From Candidatus Hydrogenedentota bacterium (lineage in GTDB: Bacteria; Hydrogenedentota; Hydrogenedentia; Hydrogenedentales; SLHB01): 64,000 nucleotides of DNA. Position numbers and translations under genes: made by a program. The notes under the pieces were generated by a model that was not told where the DNA came from, searched no databases, and saw only the letters and a program-made list of their open reading frames with translations. The stretch is from contig JAWXCN010000182.1 of the NCBI GenBank assembly GCA_034408725.1, positions 41,443-105,442 on the forward strand, written 5' to 3'. Shown piece by piece: positions 51,893 to 62,253 of the stretch (positions are counted from its first letter, which is position 1; each line of letters starts with the position of its first letter).

Positions 51893-53434
51893 TCACCGCG
51901 CTTGCGCGGTTATCGGCGTGGGTTCCTGCGTAGACTTGAGCGCAAGATACTTGTTGATGGCGCTCAGATATGCGTGGACCGCCGCCTCGACAATATCAGT
52001 GCTCGCGCCCGTGCCGTAGAACGACTTTCCATCCAGCAGCACGGCAACATGCGCTTCGCCCAGCGCCTCTTTGCCCGGAGAAGCCGCGCGGATTGAAAAC
52101 TCCTGAAGACGGCCACTGACGCCTACGATCCGCTCGATTGCCGCGCACGCCGCATCGACCGGTCCGTCGCCTGTTGCGGTTTCGGTAAGCTCTTCCTTGC
52201 CGCGGCGGAGTTTCACGAGGGCAATTGTCGGCTCACCCGTGGCAGTTCGAAGTTGTTCGAGCGAATACGTTTCGAAACTTTCGTTTCGCATGGACGCGAT
52301 GAGGACGCGCAAATCATCTTCGAAGACTTCCTTTTTCTTGTCCGCCAGCGCAATAAATTTTTCGTACAACTGTTGTACTTCGGCGTCGGTCAGTTGAAAC
52401 CCGATGTCGGCGCAACGTTTGGTCAGACCGTGTTTACCCGAATGTTTCCCCAACACCAGATCGTTGCTCTTTCGTCCAACGGATTCCGGAGTCATTATTT
52501 CGTAGGTGATACGGCTCGCGATGACGCCATGTTGATGGATGCCGGCTTCGTGGGCGAAGGCATTGCGCCCCACAATGGGCTTGTTGTAGGAAATGGCCAA
52601 GCCGGTAATCGCGCCCAGCAGCCGGCTCGTATTGGTCAATTCGTCCGCGACAATATCCGTGTCGTAGGGGTAAACCTGGTGGCGCGTTTTCATGGCCATC
52701 ACAACTTCTTCCAGCGCGGTATTCCCCGCGCGCTCTCCGATGCCGTTCACGCAACATTCTATCTGACGCGCGCCGCCCCGCACCGCGGCGAGAGCATTCG
52801 CGACAGCCAGGCCAAGATCATTGTGGTTGTGGCACGAGAAGACTACCGAATCCGGCGGATTGGTTTTCGCGATTACGTAGCGAAACATCTCTTCGATTTC
52901 CATCGGCGTGGTGTAGCCGACCGTGTCCGGCAGATTGATAACGTCCGCGCCCGCGGCGATTGCGGCGCCCGCGACCTGCGCGAGATATTCAAGGTCGGTG
53001 CGCGTGGCGTCCTCGGCGCTATACTCGACGCGGCCAATCAGACTTTTCGCGAGGCGAACCGATTCGGCAGCGCGATCAAGTACTTCCTGCCGCGACATTT
53101 TCAGCTTAAATTCGAGGTGAATGTCGGACGTGGCCAGGAATGTATGCAGCACTGGACGCTCGGCCTTTTCGATGGCCTTCGCCGCGCGCTCAATATCCAG
53201 CCGGCTTGCGCGAGCGAGCGCGGCAACCCGCGGCGTTTTGACGCTGGACGCGACCTTCTGGACGCCTTCGAATTCCTGTTCTGACGCGATGGGAAAACCG
53301 GCTTCTATAGTGTCGACATTGAGGCGTTCAAGTTGCAGGGCCATCTGGATTTTCTCTTGAACGTTCATGCTTGCGCCGGGCGATTGCTCACCGTCGCGAA
53401 GCGTGGTATCGAATATTTCGATTCTCGTCAACAC
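51893..53434 (-). CDS. leuA: 2-isopropylmalate synthase
   Basis: FDTTLRDGEQSPG, HNHNDLG, GERAGN, HEAGIHQHG, C-terminal regulatory domain; GTG after AGGAGGT. Confidence 0.95.
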   Translation of the reverse strand: MLTRIEIFDTTLRDGEQSPGASMNVQEKIQMALQLERLNVDTIEAGFPIASEQEFEGVQKVASSVKTPRVAALARASRLDIERAAKAIEKAERPVLHTFLATSDIHLEFKLKMSRQEVLDRAAESVRLAKSLIGRVEYSAEDATRTDLEYLAQVAGAAIAAGADVINLPDTVGYTTPMEIEEMFRYVIAKTNPPDSVVFSCHNHNDLGLAVANALAAVRGGARQIECCVNGIGERAGNTALEEVVMAMKTRHQVYPYDTDIVADELTNTSRLLGAITGLAISYNKPIVGRNAFAHEAGIHQHGVIASRITYEIMTPESVGRKSNDLVLGKHSGKHGLTKRCADIGFQLTDAEVQQLYEKFIALADKKKEVFEDDLRVLIASMRNESFETYSLEQLRTATGEPTIALVKLRRGKEELTETATGDGPVDAACAAIERIVGVSGRLQEFSIRAASPGKEALGEAHVAVLLDGKSFYGTGASTDIVEAAVHAYLSAINKYLALKSTQEPTPITAQAR

Positions 53435-53595
53435 GCGCCATACCTCCTGAGGCCCCGCGTCCGCGGGAAAAATGCCATGCAAAAGCCTATCAGAGAGGCT
53501 TTTACAGTTCAAAGACTATGCGCACTGTGAACAACGTCCTTGGATTTGGTTGCATTGGCCTCGGCCATCTCCCAAAATGCGTGGGGAAGAGGAAA

Positions 53596-54435
53596 TTGAT
53601 ATTCATGGGATTCCTGATAGCCATTGCACTTACGTCCTTCGCCGCAGACCCGGTATACGCGCTCGAAAACGGCACTATTCGCATTGAGGTAGACCCGCGC
53701 TTGTTCGCGATCCGGTACATCGGATTCGAGGGAGGAGAGAATTTTGTTGCGCCATTGACTGTATCACCTGAAATCACTGCGGGCACTGAATGGGCGGACC
53801 CAGGCGGTCTTCACACCGATATACTGCCCTACACGGCCCAGGACGCCGCAGTCCGCCGAGGACCCGCGGAAGTGCTCGAGTACCGCTCCGACTATATTTC
53901 CATGCTGGGCCCGCCATCCAGCGTGAACGGTATGCGGCTGAAAAAGGAAATTCAGTTGCACAAGACAGGGCCCAGCGCGCGGTTCCGCGTGACTGCCCAA
54001 CGCGCAGCCGCCGAACCAGCACGTGTTGCCTTACGGAATACAGCGCGGATCAAGCCGAATTGCACGCTTCGCATCGAACGCACCGATGGCGAAATTACTG
54101 TCATCGCGGGGCCTGATTCTATTTTCCCGGCGGTGGTGAAATCCCGCAGGTTTTGGCTGATACCGGTTCCGCCGACATCGGAAATGCGGGGAGTGGTGCT
54201 GGGCGCCGCAATCTCCCGCGTGACGACCGTGACTGACAGCGGCACATGGACGCGGCGGCTGGCCGATCCATCGACGAGCGAGTCCGAACTTCCGCACGGT
54301 GTGGCGTGGTTGTGTTTGCTCGACGATCCGACGAAGAGTTACGGCAGTGCGTTCCAAGGGATGTACGCGGAAGTAAACGAAGGCGGCCTAACGACCCTGG
54401 AGGAAGTGTGGGAATTCGATCGGCGCGGCCGATAG
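53596..54435 (+). CDS. Hypothetical secreted protein (mutarotase-like beta-sandwich?)
   Basis: GAGGA RBS; signal peptide; 'LENG.IRIEVDP'; stop overlaps the permease start. Confidence 0.6.
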   Translation: MIFMGFLIAIALTSFAADPVYALENGTIRIEVDPRLFAIRYIGFEGGENFVAPLTVSPEITAGTEWADPGGLHTDILPYTAQDAAVRRGPAEVLEYRSDYISMLGPPSSVNGMRLKKEIQLHKTGPSARFRVTAQRAAAEPARVALRNTARIKPNCTLRIERTDGEITVIAGPDSIFPAVVKSRRFWLIPVPPTSEMRGVVLGAAISRVTTVTDSGTWTRRLADPSTSESELPHGVAWLCLLDDPTKSYGSAFQGMYAEVNEGGLTTLEEVWEFDRRGR

Positions 54436-55415
54436 TGGATGAACTTGGTAGAACTCCAGCGGCTTTCAGGCGGCTGGGCCGCCCTTTTTTAACACTGATC
54501 TTCGTTATCGTGCTTGCAACCATCTTTTCTCCAACCCGCGACGGCTACCCTATTTTCTGGAATACCGGCAATCTTTTGAATATCGCCCGGCAAATTTCGG
54601 AGACAGGGATATTGGCCATCGCGATGACGCTTGTAATTATCGCCGGTGGAATTGACCTCTCCGTGGGTTCACTGTTGGCCCTTTCCGGAACTGCGTTTGC
54701 AGTGCTCTTTGTCCGGACATCAATCCCATTGCCTGTCGCTCTCACCGCAACACTCGCAATCACCACCGCGTTTGGCCTGATGAACGGCATGACCATTTCC
54801 AGGCTGCGAATGCAACCTTTTATCGTGACATTGGCGGCCATGATCGGTAGCCGGGGTTTGGCTCGTTGGTATGTTGACAACGCAACGTTACAGGTAGGGT
54901 TCGGCACGGACTATGTCGATCAGGTCATCGCTTTTGTCGCGCAGAAAAAGATTGTCGTGAGCGCGTTTATTGTGACAGCCGTTATGGGCCACGGCCTGTT
55001 GCGTCATACCCGATTCGGCCGCTACCTCGTCGCAGTCGGTGGAAGCGAGCCCGCTGCCCGCTTGTCCGGCATCAATGTTGGTTGGGTGCAAATGCGTGTG
55101 TACGCGCTGTCCGGTTTTCTTGCCGGTGTGGCAGGAATCCTCCATTGTTGTCAAAACCACCAGGGCAGTCCCAATGCCGGAGTGGGGTACGAACTGGATG
55201 CGATCGCCGCGGCGGTCATCGGCGGTACAAGCCTGGCTGGAGGCCGGGGAAGCGTGCTTGGAACAGTCGTAGGGACGCTCGCGCTTGGGGTGCTATCGAA
55301 TCTTCTCGGCCTACGCAATGTCGACGAAAATATGCAATGGATGCTCAAAGCGGTCATTATCATCGCCGCGGTCTGGTTGCAGACTGCGGGGTCTCGGCGG
55401 CAAGCGCGGACTTGA
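54435..55415 (+). CDS. Sugar ABC transporter permease (RbsC-like)
   Basis: GGIDLSVGS, PFIVTL, AARLSGI, YELDAIAAAVIGGTSL.GG. Confidence 0.95.
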   Translation: MDELGRTPAAFRRLGRPFLTLIFVIVLATIFSPTRDGYPIFWNTGNLLNIARQISETGILAIAMTLVIIAGGIDLSVGSLLALSGTAFAVLFVRTSIPLPVALTATLAITTAFGLMNGMTISRLRMQPFIVTLAAMIGSRGLARWYVDNATLQVGFGTDYVDQVIAFVAQKKIVVSAFIVTAVMGHGLLRHTRFGRYLVAVGGSEPAARLSGINVGWVQMRVYALSGFLAGVAGILHCCQNHQGSPNAGVGYELDAIAAAVIGGTSLAGGRGSVLGTVVGTLALGVLSNLLGLRNVDENMQWMLKAVIIIAAVWLQTAGSRRQART

Positions 55416-55447
55416 TCAAGCGACGCGAAGCCGCGATACGAGGAGGA

Positions 55448-56464
55448 ATGATGAGGAACTTTAACCGATTCGGCTGCTTGCTGCTGGCGGCGTTCGCGCT
55501 GAGTGGTTGTGGGCCGGAACAACAAGCGACGCCTTCGGGACCGGCAACAGATTCAACGGTTGCCGCGAAATCGGAGGCCCAGCCAAAAACGTATAGAATC
55601 GCTTTTTCGCAATGTAACAGCGCCGAGCCGTACCGGACAGTCCAAAACGCCATCTTTAAGCGCAACGCTGCGCGTTTGGGCAATGAAATCAGTCTGGTTA
55701 TTCATGATGCGCAACAAGACAATGCGAAGCAGGTGGCGCAAATTGAAAATATCATTCAGCAAGGTGTTGATCTATTGATCGTCGCGCCCAACGAGTCCGC
55801 CCCGCTAACCTCAGTCGTGAAGAAAGCGCACGATGCAGGCATCAAGGTAATTTGCCTTGAACGCGATTTGCTCGAACCGGTGTACGACCTGTTTGTAGGC
55901 GCCGACAACGTCAAGATTGGGGAGATGGCCGGCCAATTCGTTCAGGAATATCTCGCCGGGAAAAGTACCGATGCCCCTGTCGTAGTCGAGTTGAAAGGCT
56001 TGTTGGGATCAATGCCCCAGGAAGAGCGCCATACCGGTGCGAGGAAATACATCGACACAGTCCCCAACGTTTCCGTGCTTGATGAAGTCGGCAACTGGCT
56101 TCAGGATGAAGGGCGCAAACGCATGGAAACGCTTTTGCAGGCAAATCCGAAGATCGATGTCGTGTATGCGCACAACGATCCCATGGCCGCCGGCGCGTAT
56201 CTCGCTGCACGAGACGCGCAACGGGACACCGAGATGATTTTTGTTGGGGTTGACGGGCTTGGCGGGCCTGATGGGGGCATCAAAAAGGTCATGGACGGCG
56301 TGCTTGCGTGTACCTTCATCTACCCCCCGTGCGCCGCGGAGGCGCTGGATTATTCAGTGAAAATGTTGCGCGGTGAAACTGTGCCGGAGCGCGTCATTTT
56401 GGAACCTTCCCGGGTTACGGTGGAGAATGCCGCGGAACTGTACCAAAACGCCACCGTGGAGTAA
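55448..56464 (+). CDS. Sugar ABC transporter substrate-binding lipoprotein (RbsB-like)
   Basis: Lipobox LSGC; 'GADN..IG', 'AHNDPMA.GA', 'GVDG'. Confidence 0.93.
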   Translation: MMRNFNRFGCLLLAAFALSGCGPEQQATPSGPATDSTVAAKSEAQPKTYRIAFSQCNSAEPYRTVQNAIFKRNAARLGNEISLVIHDAQQDNAKQVAQIENIIQQGVDLLIVAPNESAPLTSVVKKAHDAGIKVICLERDLLEPVYDLFVGADNVKIGEMAGQFVQEYLAGKSTDAPVVVELKGLLGSMPQEERHTGARKYIDTVPNVSVLDEVGNWLQDEGRKRMETLLQANPKIDVVYAHNDPMAAGAYLAARDAQRDTEMIFVGVDGLGGPDGGIKKVMDGVLACTFIYPPCAAEALDYSVKMLRGETVPERVILEPSRVTVENAAELYQNATVE

Positions 56465-56468
56465 GTGT

Positions 56469-57077
56469 GTGAACCACGGTAAATGTCAGACCTCCGAAGG
56501 ACGCCCACGCCGGATCGCGCACCTGCTGAAACTCGCGGGAATGCTTCTCGCCACAGTTCTCTTGTCCGGATGCGATGGCTCGCTCCACGATGCGGCGCTA
56601 CGCGGAGACGTTACGCAGGCCCGAACACTTCTCGATCGCAACCCTGCCGCCATCAATGATCGAAATGAGTTGGGCAAAACGCCCCTTCACCAATCCTTGA
56701 CCGGCGGTAACAACGAGACGATTCTTCTATTGATCGAACGTGGCGCGGACATTGCCGCAAAAGACGATACCGGATTGACGCCTTTGCACGTGGCCGCATG
56801 GTGGTCTATCACCGAGCGTGCAGGCCTCCTGATCGATTCTGGGGCTGATCTAAACGGCCAGGATAAATTTGGAGATACGCCACTCCACGTCGCGGCGATG
56901 CATGGCCGGGCGAAAATGTGCAAGGTGCTCATCGAGCGGGGCGCACTCATGGACGCCGTCAATCGTGATGGACGAACGCCACTGGACCTCGCGATACTGC
57001 ACGGCCAGACCGAATCGGTACGGGTCATCGAATACTACAGAAGGAACGCGGTAAACACGGCCTTTGCAGGCCACTGA
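56469..57077 (+). CDS. Ankyrin-repeat lipoprotein
   Basis: LSGC lipobox; repeats G.TPLH x3 and GRTPLD; start codon uncertain. Confidence 0.88.
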   Translation: MNHGKCQTSEGRPRRIAHLLKLAGMLLATVLLSGCDGSLHDAALRGDVTQARTLLDRNPAAINDRNELGKTPLHQSLTGGNNETILLLIERGADIAAKDDTGLTPLHVAAWWSITERAGLLIDSGADLNGQDKFGDTPLHVAAMHGRAKMCKVLIERGALMDAVNRDGRTPLDLAILHGQTESVRVIEYYRRNAVNTAFAGH

Positions 57078-57168
57078 TTCGCTCTCCCTGCCTTTCTCCA
57101 CCGCTTCCTGATATGCTGCTATTCGTTACTACGAAGACCCGATACACAAATCAGAGGACTGTTTCCGA

Positions 57169-57606
57169 GTGAGGACGAAAGTTGATATTTTTACCGATGG
57201 CGGATGCCAACCGAATCCGGGGACAGGCGGTTGGGGTGTCATTTTGATGTACAAGGACAAACAGCTCGAGATGTCCGGCGCGGAACAAAATACAACGAAT
57301 AACCGGATGGAACTTACCGCCGCGGTGCGCGCGCTCGAGGCGCTCAAGCGCCCCTGTGATGTTGTTTTGCATACGGATTCCGAATACCTTCGTAACGGAA
57401 TTACTACCTGGCTGAAGGCCTGGAAACGCAACGGTTGGAAACGCAAAGAAGGCGCGCTGAAAAATATCGACCTTTGGCAACGCCTTGACGAATTGACCGG
57501 GGAGCATCATATCGAGTGGCGCTGGGTCCGCGGACATTCCGGCCATAATCTGAACGAGCGCTGCGACGAGCTGGCGACACAGGCAATTGTAAACCTGCGA
57601 GGATAA
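57169..57606 (+). CDS. rnhA: Ribonuclease HI
   Basis: FTDG.C.PNPG.GGWG, TTNNRMEL, WVRGHSG, NERCD. Confidence 0.97.
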   Translation: MRTKVDIFTDGGCQPNPGTGGWGVILMYKDKQLEMSGAEQNTTNNRMELTAAVRALEALKRPCDVVLHTDSEYLRNGITTWLKAWKRNGWKRKEGALKNIDLWQRLDELTGEHHIEWRWVRGHSGHNLNERCDELATQAIVNLRG

Positions 57607-57615
57607 CGACCTGTC

Positions 57616-60354
57616 ATGGCCCCGCAACGAAGAAAGCCGAGCCTGCCGATCTATCTTGTGCCAATCGTGTTTGGCCTCTGCGGCATTCTGTTTGCCACCC
57701 AACTGCAAGACAGCCCACTCCTAAAGGTCCTTGTATTGCTCATATCGCTCGGCGGACCTCTGCTCGCCGTCGGCATGCTATTGGCCCGTTTGAGTGCGTC
57801 CCGGTTCGAGCGGTTCGCGATGGTTGTCGGCATCGTTTTACTCGCACTCGGGGCACTCGGATCAGTATCCGAATTTTGGTCGATGATGGTGCGGTTGTCC
57901 GATTTTTCACAGGTAACGCTGAACGCTTGGCGATGGGTGGGGCTTGCCAGTCTGGTGCTCGGCTTGTTCGCAATCGTGTTCATTCTCGTGAGGCGCGACG
58001 AACATATCGAGGAAGTGGCCGAACGCTTCCGTTATCTCGCGGACCACATGTCCGAAGGATTTATCCTCACCGGTCCGGACGGCTCGGTGACGCTCGTCAA
58101 TGATGCCCTGCTTCAAATGACGGGCCTCACCGCCGATGCCCTGATCGGAAAAGATGGCCGCAACCTCGCGGAAATCTACGAGCTTGAACCCATGCTTAAA
58201 CATATGGACATGCGGTCGCGCGGCGTTGCGTCAGAATACCGCTTGACATGGACGCGCATGGGGGTAGAACGCCAGCTATGGGTCAGCGGCACGCCTCTCT
58301 TTGATTCGCGGGGCGGCTTTACCGGCGCACTTGCGACCGTGCGCGACGTCACTGAACAGCACCTTATGTCGAAACGCCTCGAACGTTACGCGCAAGGTCT
58401 ACAGGAGCTTGTCGAGGATCGAACGGAAAAACTTGAGCAATCCCGGCATCGCCTTCGAGACCTGCTCTTTCACATGAAAGAAGCATTCGTCACGGTGGAC
58501 GAAGCCTACCGGATTACCTTTGCGAACGAACGCTTTCTGGAACTTATCCACGAAGAAACAGACGCGGTCGCGGGAAAAGACCTTTTCGACTACGTCGAAG
58601 TGGACGCACGTGGCCGGTTGCTCGACCTCTTTGCCAAGCCGACGCCTGCACAGGAATTGACATTGCAAAGCCGCAACGGATCCGAGGTGCAGGTCGTAGT
58701 CTCGATCACGACGGTCGAACCCTCCCCGGACTCGGAGGAACGTTATTCGTTGGTCATGACGGACATTCGCGAGCTGCTGCGCATGCAACAGCAGCTCGAA
58801 GGACGCGCGCGCGAACTTGAAGAAGCGAACGCGGAACTCCGCATGTTGGACCGCGCAAAGGACAATTTTCTTAGCACGGTTAGCCACGAGTTGCGCACGC
58901 CATTGAGTACGGTCCGAGGGTATACGGAAATGCTTGAGAGCGCGTCCCTCGGGCAATTGGCGCCGCCGCAGTCCAACGCACTGGCGGTGATGTCTCGAAA
59001 CATAGAGCGTCTGGAAGCCCTCATCAACGAAATGCTCGAATTCAGCCGCATGGAAGTGCGGGGGATTGCCCTCCACCAAACGCTCTTCGCCGGTGCGGAA
59101 ATGCTACAGGAAACCGCCGCGTCCATGGAACCACAAATGCGCGCGCGCGATATTCACATGACCATCAACGCCTCTCCCGACGCCTCCATCATCTGGGGAG
59201 ATCGAAGGCGCTTGTTACAGGCCCTTTCTATATTTCTGGCGAATGCGGTGAAATTTTGCAGCCCGGGCGATATTATTACGCTTGGCGTCGAGCGCCGCGT
59301 GGGGGGGACGATCGCTATTTCCGTCGCCGATACCGGTATTGGAATTGATCCCATCATCCAGCGACGTGTGTTTGACAAGTTTTATCAGGCGGACAGCTCC
59401 CTGTCCCGGCGCTACGAAGGCGCTGGAATCGGCTTGTCCATCGCAAAAGCCATTGCCGAAGCGCATGGCGGCCATATCGATTTGCAAAGTGACCCGGGCA
59501 AAGGCAGCACCTTCACCATCATTTTGCCGCAATCCAGCTTTACCCCAGCCGACCCAGAAAGTGAGCACCCCATTCACGGTTCTCAATCGGTTTTACTTGC
59601 GATTGCGGAAATGGAATTCTCCGATATCCTAAAGGACGTATTGGAGGCCCGCGGGTTCTCAATCATTGTCGCCGCTTCAGGTATGGCCTGCTTGCGGGAA
59701 GCAAAACAGAAGTTGCCAGCGTTACTCATTGTCGATGATGTATTGCCCGATCTCGGTGGGCAGGCAACGATCAAGGGGTTGCAAAGCGATCTGGACGGGG
59801 TAGAAATCCCTACGTTGCTCATGGTCGGCGATGAGCAGGCGCGCCGTCCAGAAGAATCGGGGCAACGGGATACGCACTCGGTGTTGTATAAGCCATTCAC
59901 CACCGATGAGTTCATGGAGCGCGTAGCGCAGGCTCTGTCCATTCTGCCCAACGACACTGGCGCCCTAGGCACGCGCCGCCGCGCGCGCAGAGGGTCGGAT
60001 GCGAACGCCCTGGTCATTACCCAGGACGCAGACATTTTGGAATGGGTTTCGACGGCCTTGCGCAGCCGCAGGATGCGTTGCGCGACCGCGGAAAATCTGG
60101 ACGTCGCGACTGCCGCTGCACAACTCCATACGCCGCGTATTGTCGTAATCGAAGCAGAAACCGCGGGCGATGACTCGGATATACTTATGGAGGGCGCCCG
60201 GAGTCTGGCAGGCGAATATGGCGCTCACTTTGTCGTGCTGACGACGGGACTCCTCGGTGATACAGGAGGTGGCGGGTGCAAAATCGTGCGAATTCCTTGT
60301 TCGACCCGAGAACTTCTAGAAGGGGTATCAATTGTACCCCCGGTTATGGCATAA
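57616..60354 (+). CDS. Membrane PAS-PAS hybrid sensor histidine kinase with receiver domains
   Basis: 4 TMs; two PAS; SHELRTPL; NAVKF; DTGIGI; G.GIGLSI; receiver-like C-terminus. Confidence 0.93.
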   Translation: MAPQRRKPSLPIYLVPIVFGLCGILFATQLQDSPLLKVLVLLISLGGPLLAVGMLLARLSASRFERFAMVVGIVLLALGALGSVSEFWSMMVRLSDFSQVTLNAWRWVGLASLVLGLFAIVFILVRRDEHIEEVAERFRYLADHMSEGFILTGPDGSVTLVNDALLQMTGLTADALIGKDGRNLAEIYELEPMLKHMDMRSRGVASEYRLTWTRMGVERQLWVSGTPLFDSRGGFTGALATVRDVTEQHLMSKRLERYAQGLQELVEDRTEKLEQSRHRLRDLLFHMKEAFVTVDEAYRITFANERFLELIHEETDAVAGKDLFDYVEVDARGRLLDLFAKPTPAQELTLQSRNGSEVQVVVSITTVEPSPDSEERYSLVMTDIRELLRMQQQLEGRARELEEANAELRMLDRAKDNFLSTVSHELRTPLSTVRGYTEMLESASLGQLAPPQSNALAVMSRNIERLEALINEMLEFSRMEVRGIALHQTLFAGAEMLQETAASMEPQMRARDIHMTINASPDASIIWGDRRRLLQALSIFLANAVKFCSPGDIITLGVERRVGGTIAISVADTGIGIDPIIQRRVFDKFYQADSSLSRRYEGAGIGLSIAKAIAEAHGGHIDLQSDPGKGSTFTIILPQSSFTPADPESEHPIHGSQSVLLAIAEMEFSDILKDVLEARGFSIIVAASGMACLREAKQKLPALLIVDDVLPDLGGQATIKGLQSDLDGVEIPTLLMVGDEQARRPEESGQRDTHSVLYKPFTTDEFMERVAQALSILPNDTGALGTRRRARRGSDANALVITQDADILEWVSTALRSRRMRCATAENLDVATAAAQLHTPRIVVIEAETAGDDSDILMEGARSLAGEYGAHFVVLTTGLLGDTGGGGCKIVRIPCSTRELLEGVSIVPPVMA

Positions 60355-60390
60355 TGCTTGACGAGTTACACAACCAGTAGGGGGTAGGCC

Positions 60391-61542
60391 GTGAGAACAA
60401 TACTAGCGGTTGTATTTTTCGCGGTATCCGTCGCCGCACAATCCGACAAACTCGTCGCTTGCTCGAACTATATTACCATCGTGGCCGAGAATGGACTGGT
60501 CGTATCAGAACTCAATCCCGATCAACCCCATGCTCCGGCCAGCATGATCAAAATGATTCTGACCCTCATGGTGGCCGAGGGCCTGGAAGCCGGGCTGTGG
60601 ACCCCGGAAACGCCCGTTCCCGTTTCCAATGGCGCCCAATCCATGGGCGGAACACAGGTCGATCTGAAGGCAGGTGAAATCCACACGCTGGGTGCGATGA
60701 TGCAGGCAGTGTGTGTTGCCTCCGCGAATGACGCCGCGTATGCCGTAGCCGAAACGCTTTGGGGTAGTGAATCCGGTTACTTGAAGGCCGCTAACGTGCG
60801 CGCAAAAGACTTGGGTATGTTGGACACGACAGTTCGCAGTGTACACGGGTTGCCACCCAGCGCCGGCGAGTTGCCTGACCAAACCACCGCGCGCGACATG
60901 GCGATACTCGCGTGCGCGTGCGTCAAGAATACGTTGGTTATGGGCTGGACCGGCCAACACGAATTGGTGTTTCGGGAGGGCGAGGCAGCGAAGCAAAACA
61001 CTAACAAGCTCTTGTTGCGCCTGCCGGGGTGTGATGGTTTAAAAACAGGATACACCCGCGCCGCGGGATTCTGTCTGACGGCCACCGCCGTGCGTAATGA
61101 TTTGAGGATCATCACGGTAGTCATGGGTTGTCCCAAACTTCGGGACCGATTTGACACAACCGAGCAATTGCTGGAAGAGGGCTTTGCGACTGTGCGACGG
61201 GTCAAGTTGCTGGCGACGGACACTTTGATGGACCCGGCAATTCCCGTTCGCAACGCCAAACAAAATACCCTGCGCCTCGCGCCCGAAAAGGACGTCTGGA
61301 TCACCGCGAAATCCACGGACTTCCCTCAAATGACCTTTGAAACCACGACTCCCAGACTATTGCAGGCGCCCCTTGCCGAAGGAGCAACGGTGGGCACCGT
61401 TAAAGTGAAATTGGCTGGGCAGGTCATCGGAGAAGCCCCGTTACGGGTGCCGATTGATATCGAGGAGCCTACCCTGCATTGGAAGCTCACGCACCGCGTG
61501 ATGCTCCGCACGGGAGAGAACCAAATTGAACAGGGTGGATGA
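60391..61542 (+). CDS. dacA: D-alanyl-D-alanine carboxypeptidase (S11)
   Basis: ASMIK, SAND, GLKTGYT. Confidence 0.92.
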   Translation: MRTILAVVFFAVSVAAQSDKLVACSNYITIVAENGLVVSELNPDQPHAPASMIKMILTLMVAEGLEAGLWTPETPVPVSNGAQSMGGTQVDLKAGEIHTLGAMMQAVCVASANDAAYAVAETLWGSESGYLKAANVRAKDLGMLDTTVRSVHGLPPSAGELPDQTTARDMAILACACVKNTLVMGWTGQHELVFREGEAAKQNTNKLLLRLPGCDGLKTGYTRAAGFCLTATAVRNDLRIITVVMGCPKLRDRFDTTEQLLEEGFATVRRVKLLATDTLMDPAIPVRNAKQNTLRLAPEKDVWITAKSTDFPQMTFETTTPRLLQAPLAEGATVGTVKVKLAGQVIGEAPLRVPIDIEEPTLHWKLTHRVMLRTGENQIEQGG

Positions 61543-61554
61543 GCAGGACGTATC

Positions 61555-62202
61555 CTATCCGGATGCCTTGCGCAGTTCGCTGATCGCATTCGCATAGGAC
61601 GAGTTCCGGAAAATTGCCGACCCCGCCACCAGGATGTTCGCGCCTGCCTCGACGACCTGTTTTGCCGTCTTGCCATCAATGCCTCCATCCACTTCCACGT
61701 CCCGGTCTCCCATCATCGCGCGGACATACTGAATCTTCCGCAGCATTTCTGGAATAAACGTCTGCCCGCCGAACCCGGGATTCACCGTCATCACCAGCAC
61801 CATGTCAACCGCGTTGATAACATACTCGATGTCGTCGTGCGAAGTGCCCGGATTCAAGACAATACCCGCGCGGCAACCCAGGTCTTTGATTTGGCTGATG
61901 ATGCGGTGAGGATGCATGGCTGCCTCGATGTGAAACGAAATAATGTCGGCGCCTGCGTCCGCGAATGCCTGAATATAGTCCGAAGGCTCGGAAATCATCA
62001 GATGAACATCCATCGGCACGGAGCAGTGCTCGCGCAACGCGGCGACGATGGGAGGGCCAAGCGTGATGTTGGGCGTGAAATGGCCATCCATCACATCCAC
62101 GTGTAACATGTCCGCGCCCGCGCTGATCACGTTCCGGACTTCATCGCCGAGCCGCGAGAAATCGGAAGCAAGTATCGACGGGGCGATTTTGATATCACTC
62201 AA
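61555..62202 (-). CDS. rpe: Ribulose-phosphate 3-epimerase
   Basis: IAPSIL, HVDVMDGHF, MTVNPGFGGQ, EVDGG. Confidence 0.97.
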   Translation of the reverse strand: MSDIKIAPSILASDFSRLGDEVRNVISAGADMLHVDVMDGHFTPNITLGPPIVAALREHCSVPMDVHLMISEPSDYIQAFADAGADIISFHIEAAMHPHRIISQIKDLGCRAGIVLNPGTSHDDIEYVINAVDMVLVMTVNPGFGGQTFIPEMLRKIQYVRAMMGDRDVEVDGGIDGKTAKQVVEAGANILVAGSAIFRNSSYANAISELRKASG

Positions 62203-62253
62203 GAAATAGTAGTCCCTTCTAATGAATTCATCGAATGTATGACATCTTGCCGA

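Noticed and set aside
52253-53284. 343-aa + strand ORF
   Set aside because: Antisense shadow of leuA
55082-55447. N-terminal extension of the substrate-binding protein
   Set aside because: Lies within the permease gene; the AGGAGG RBS and lipoprotein signal fit 55448
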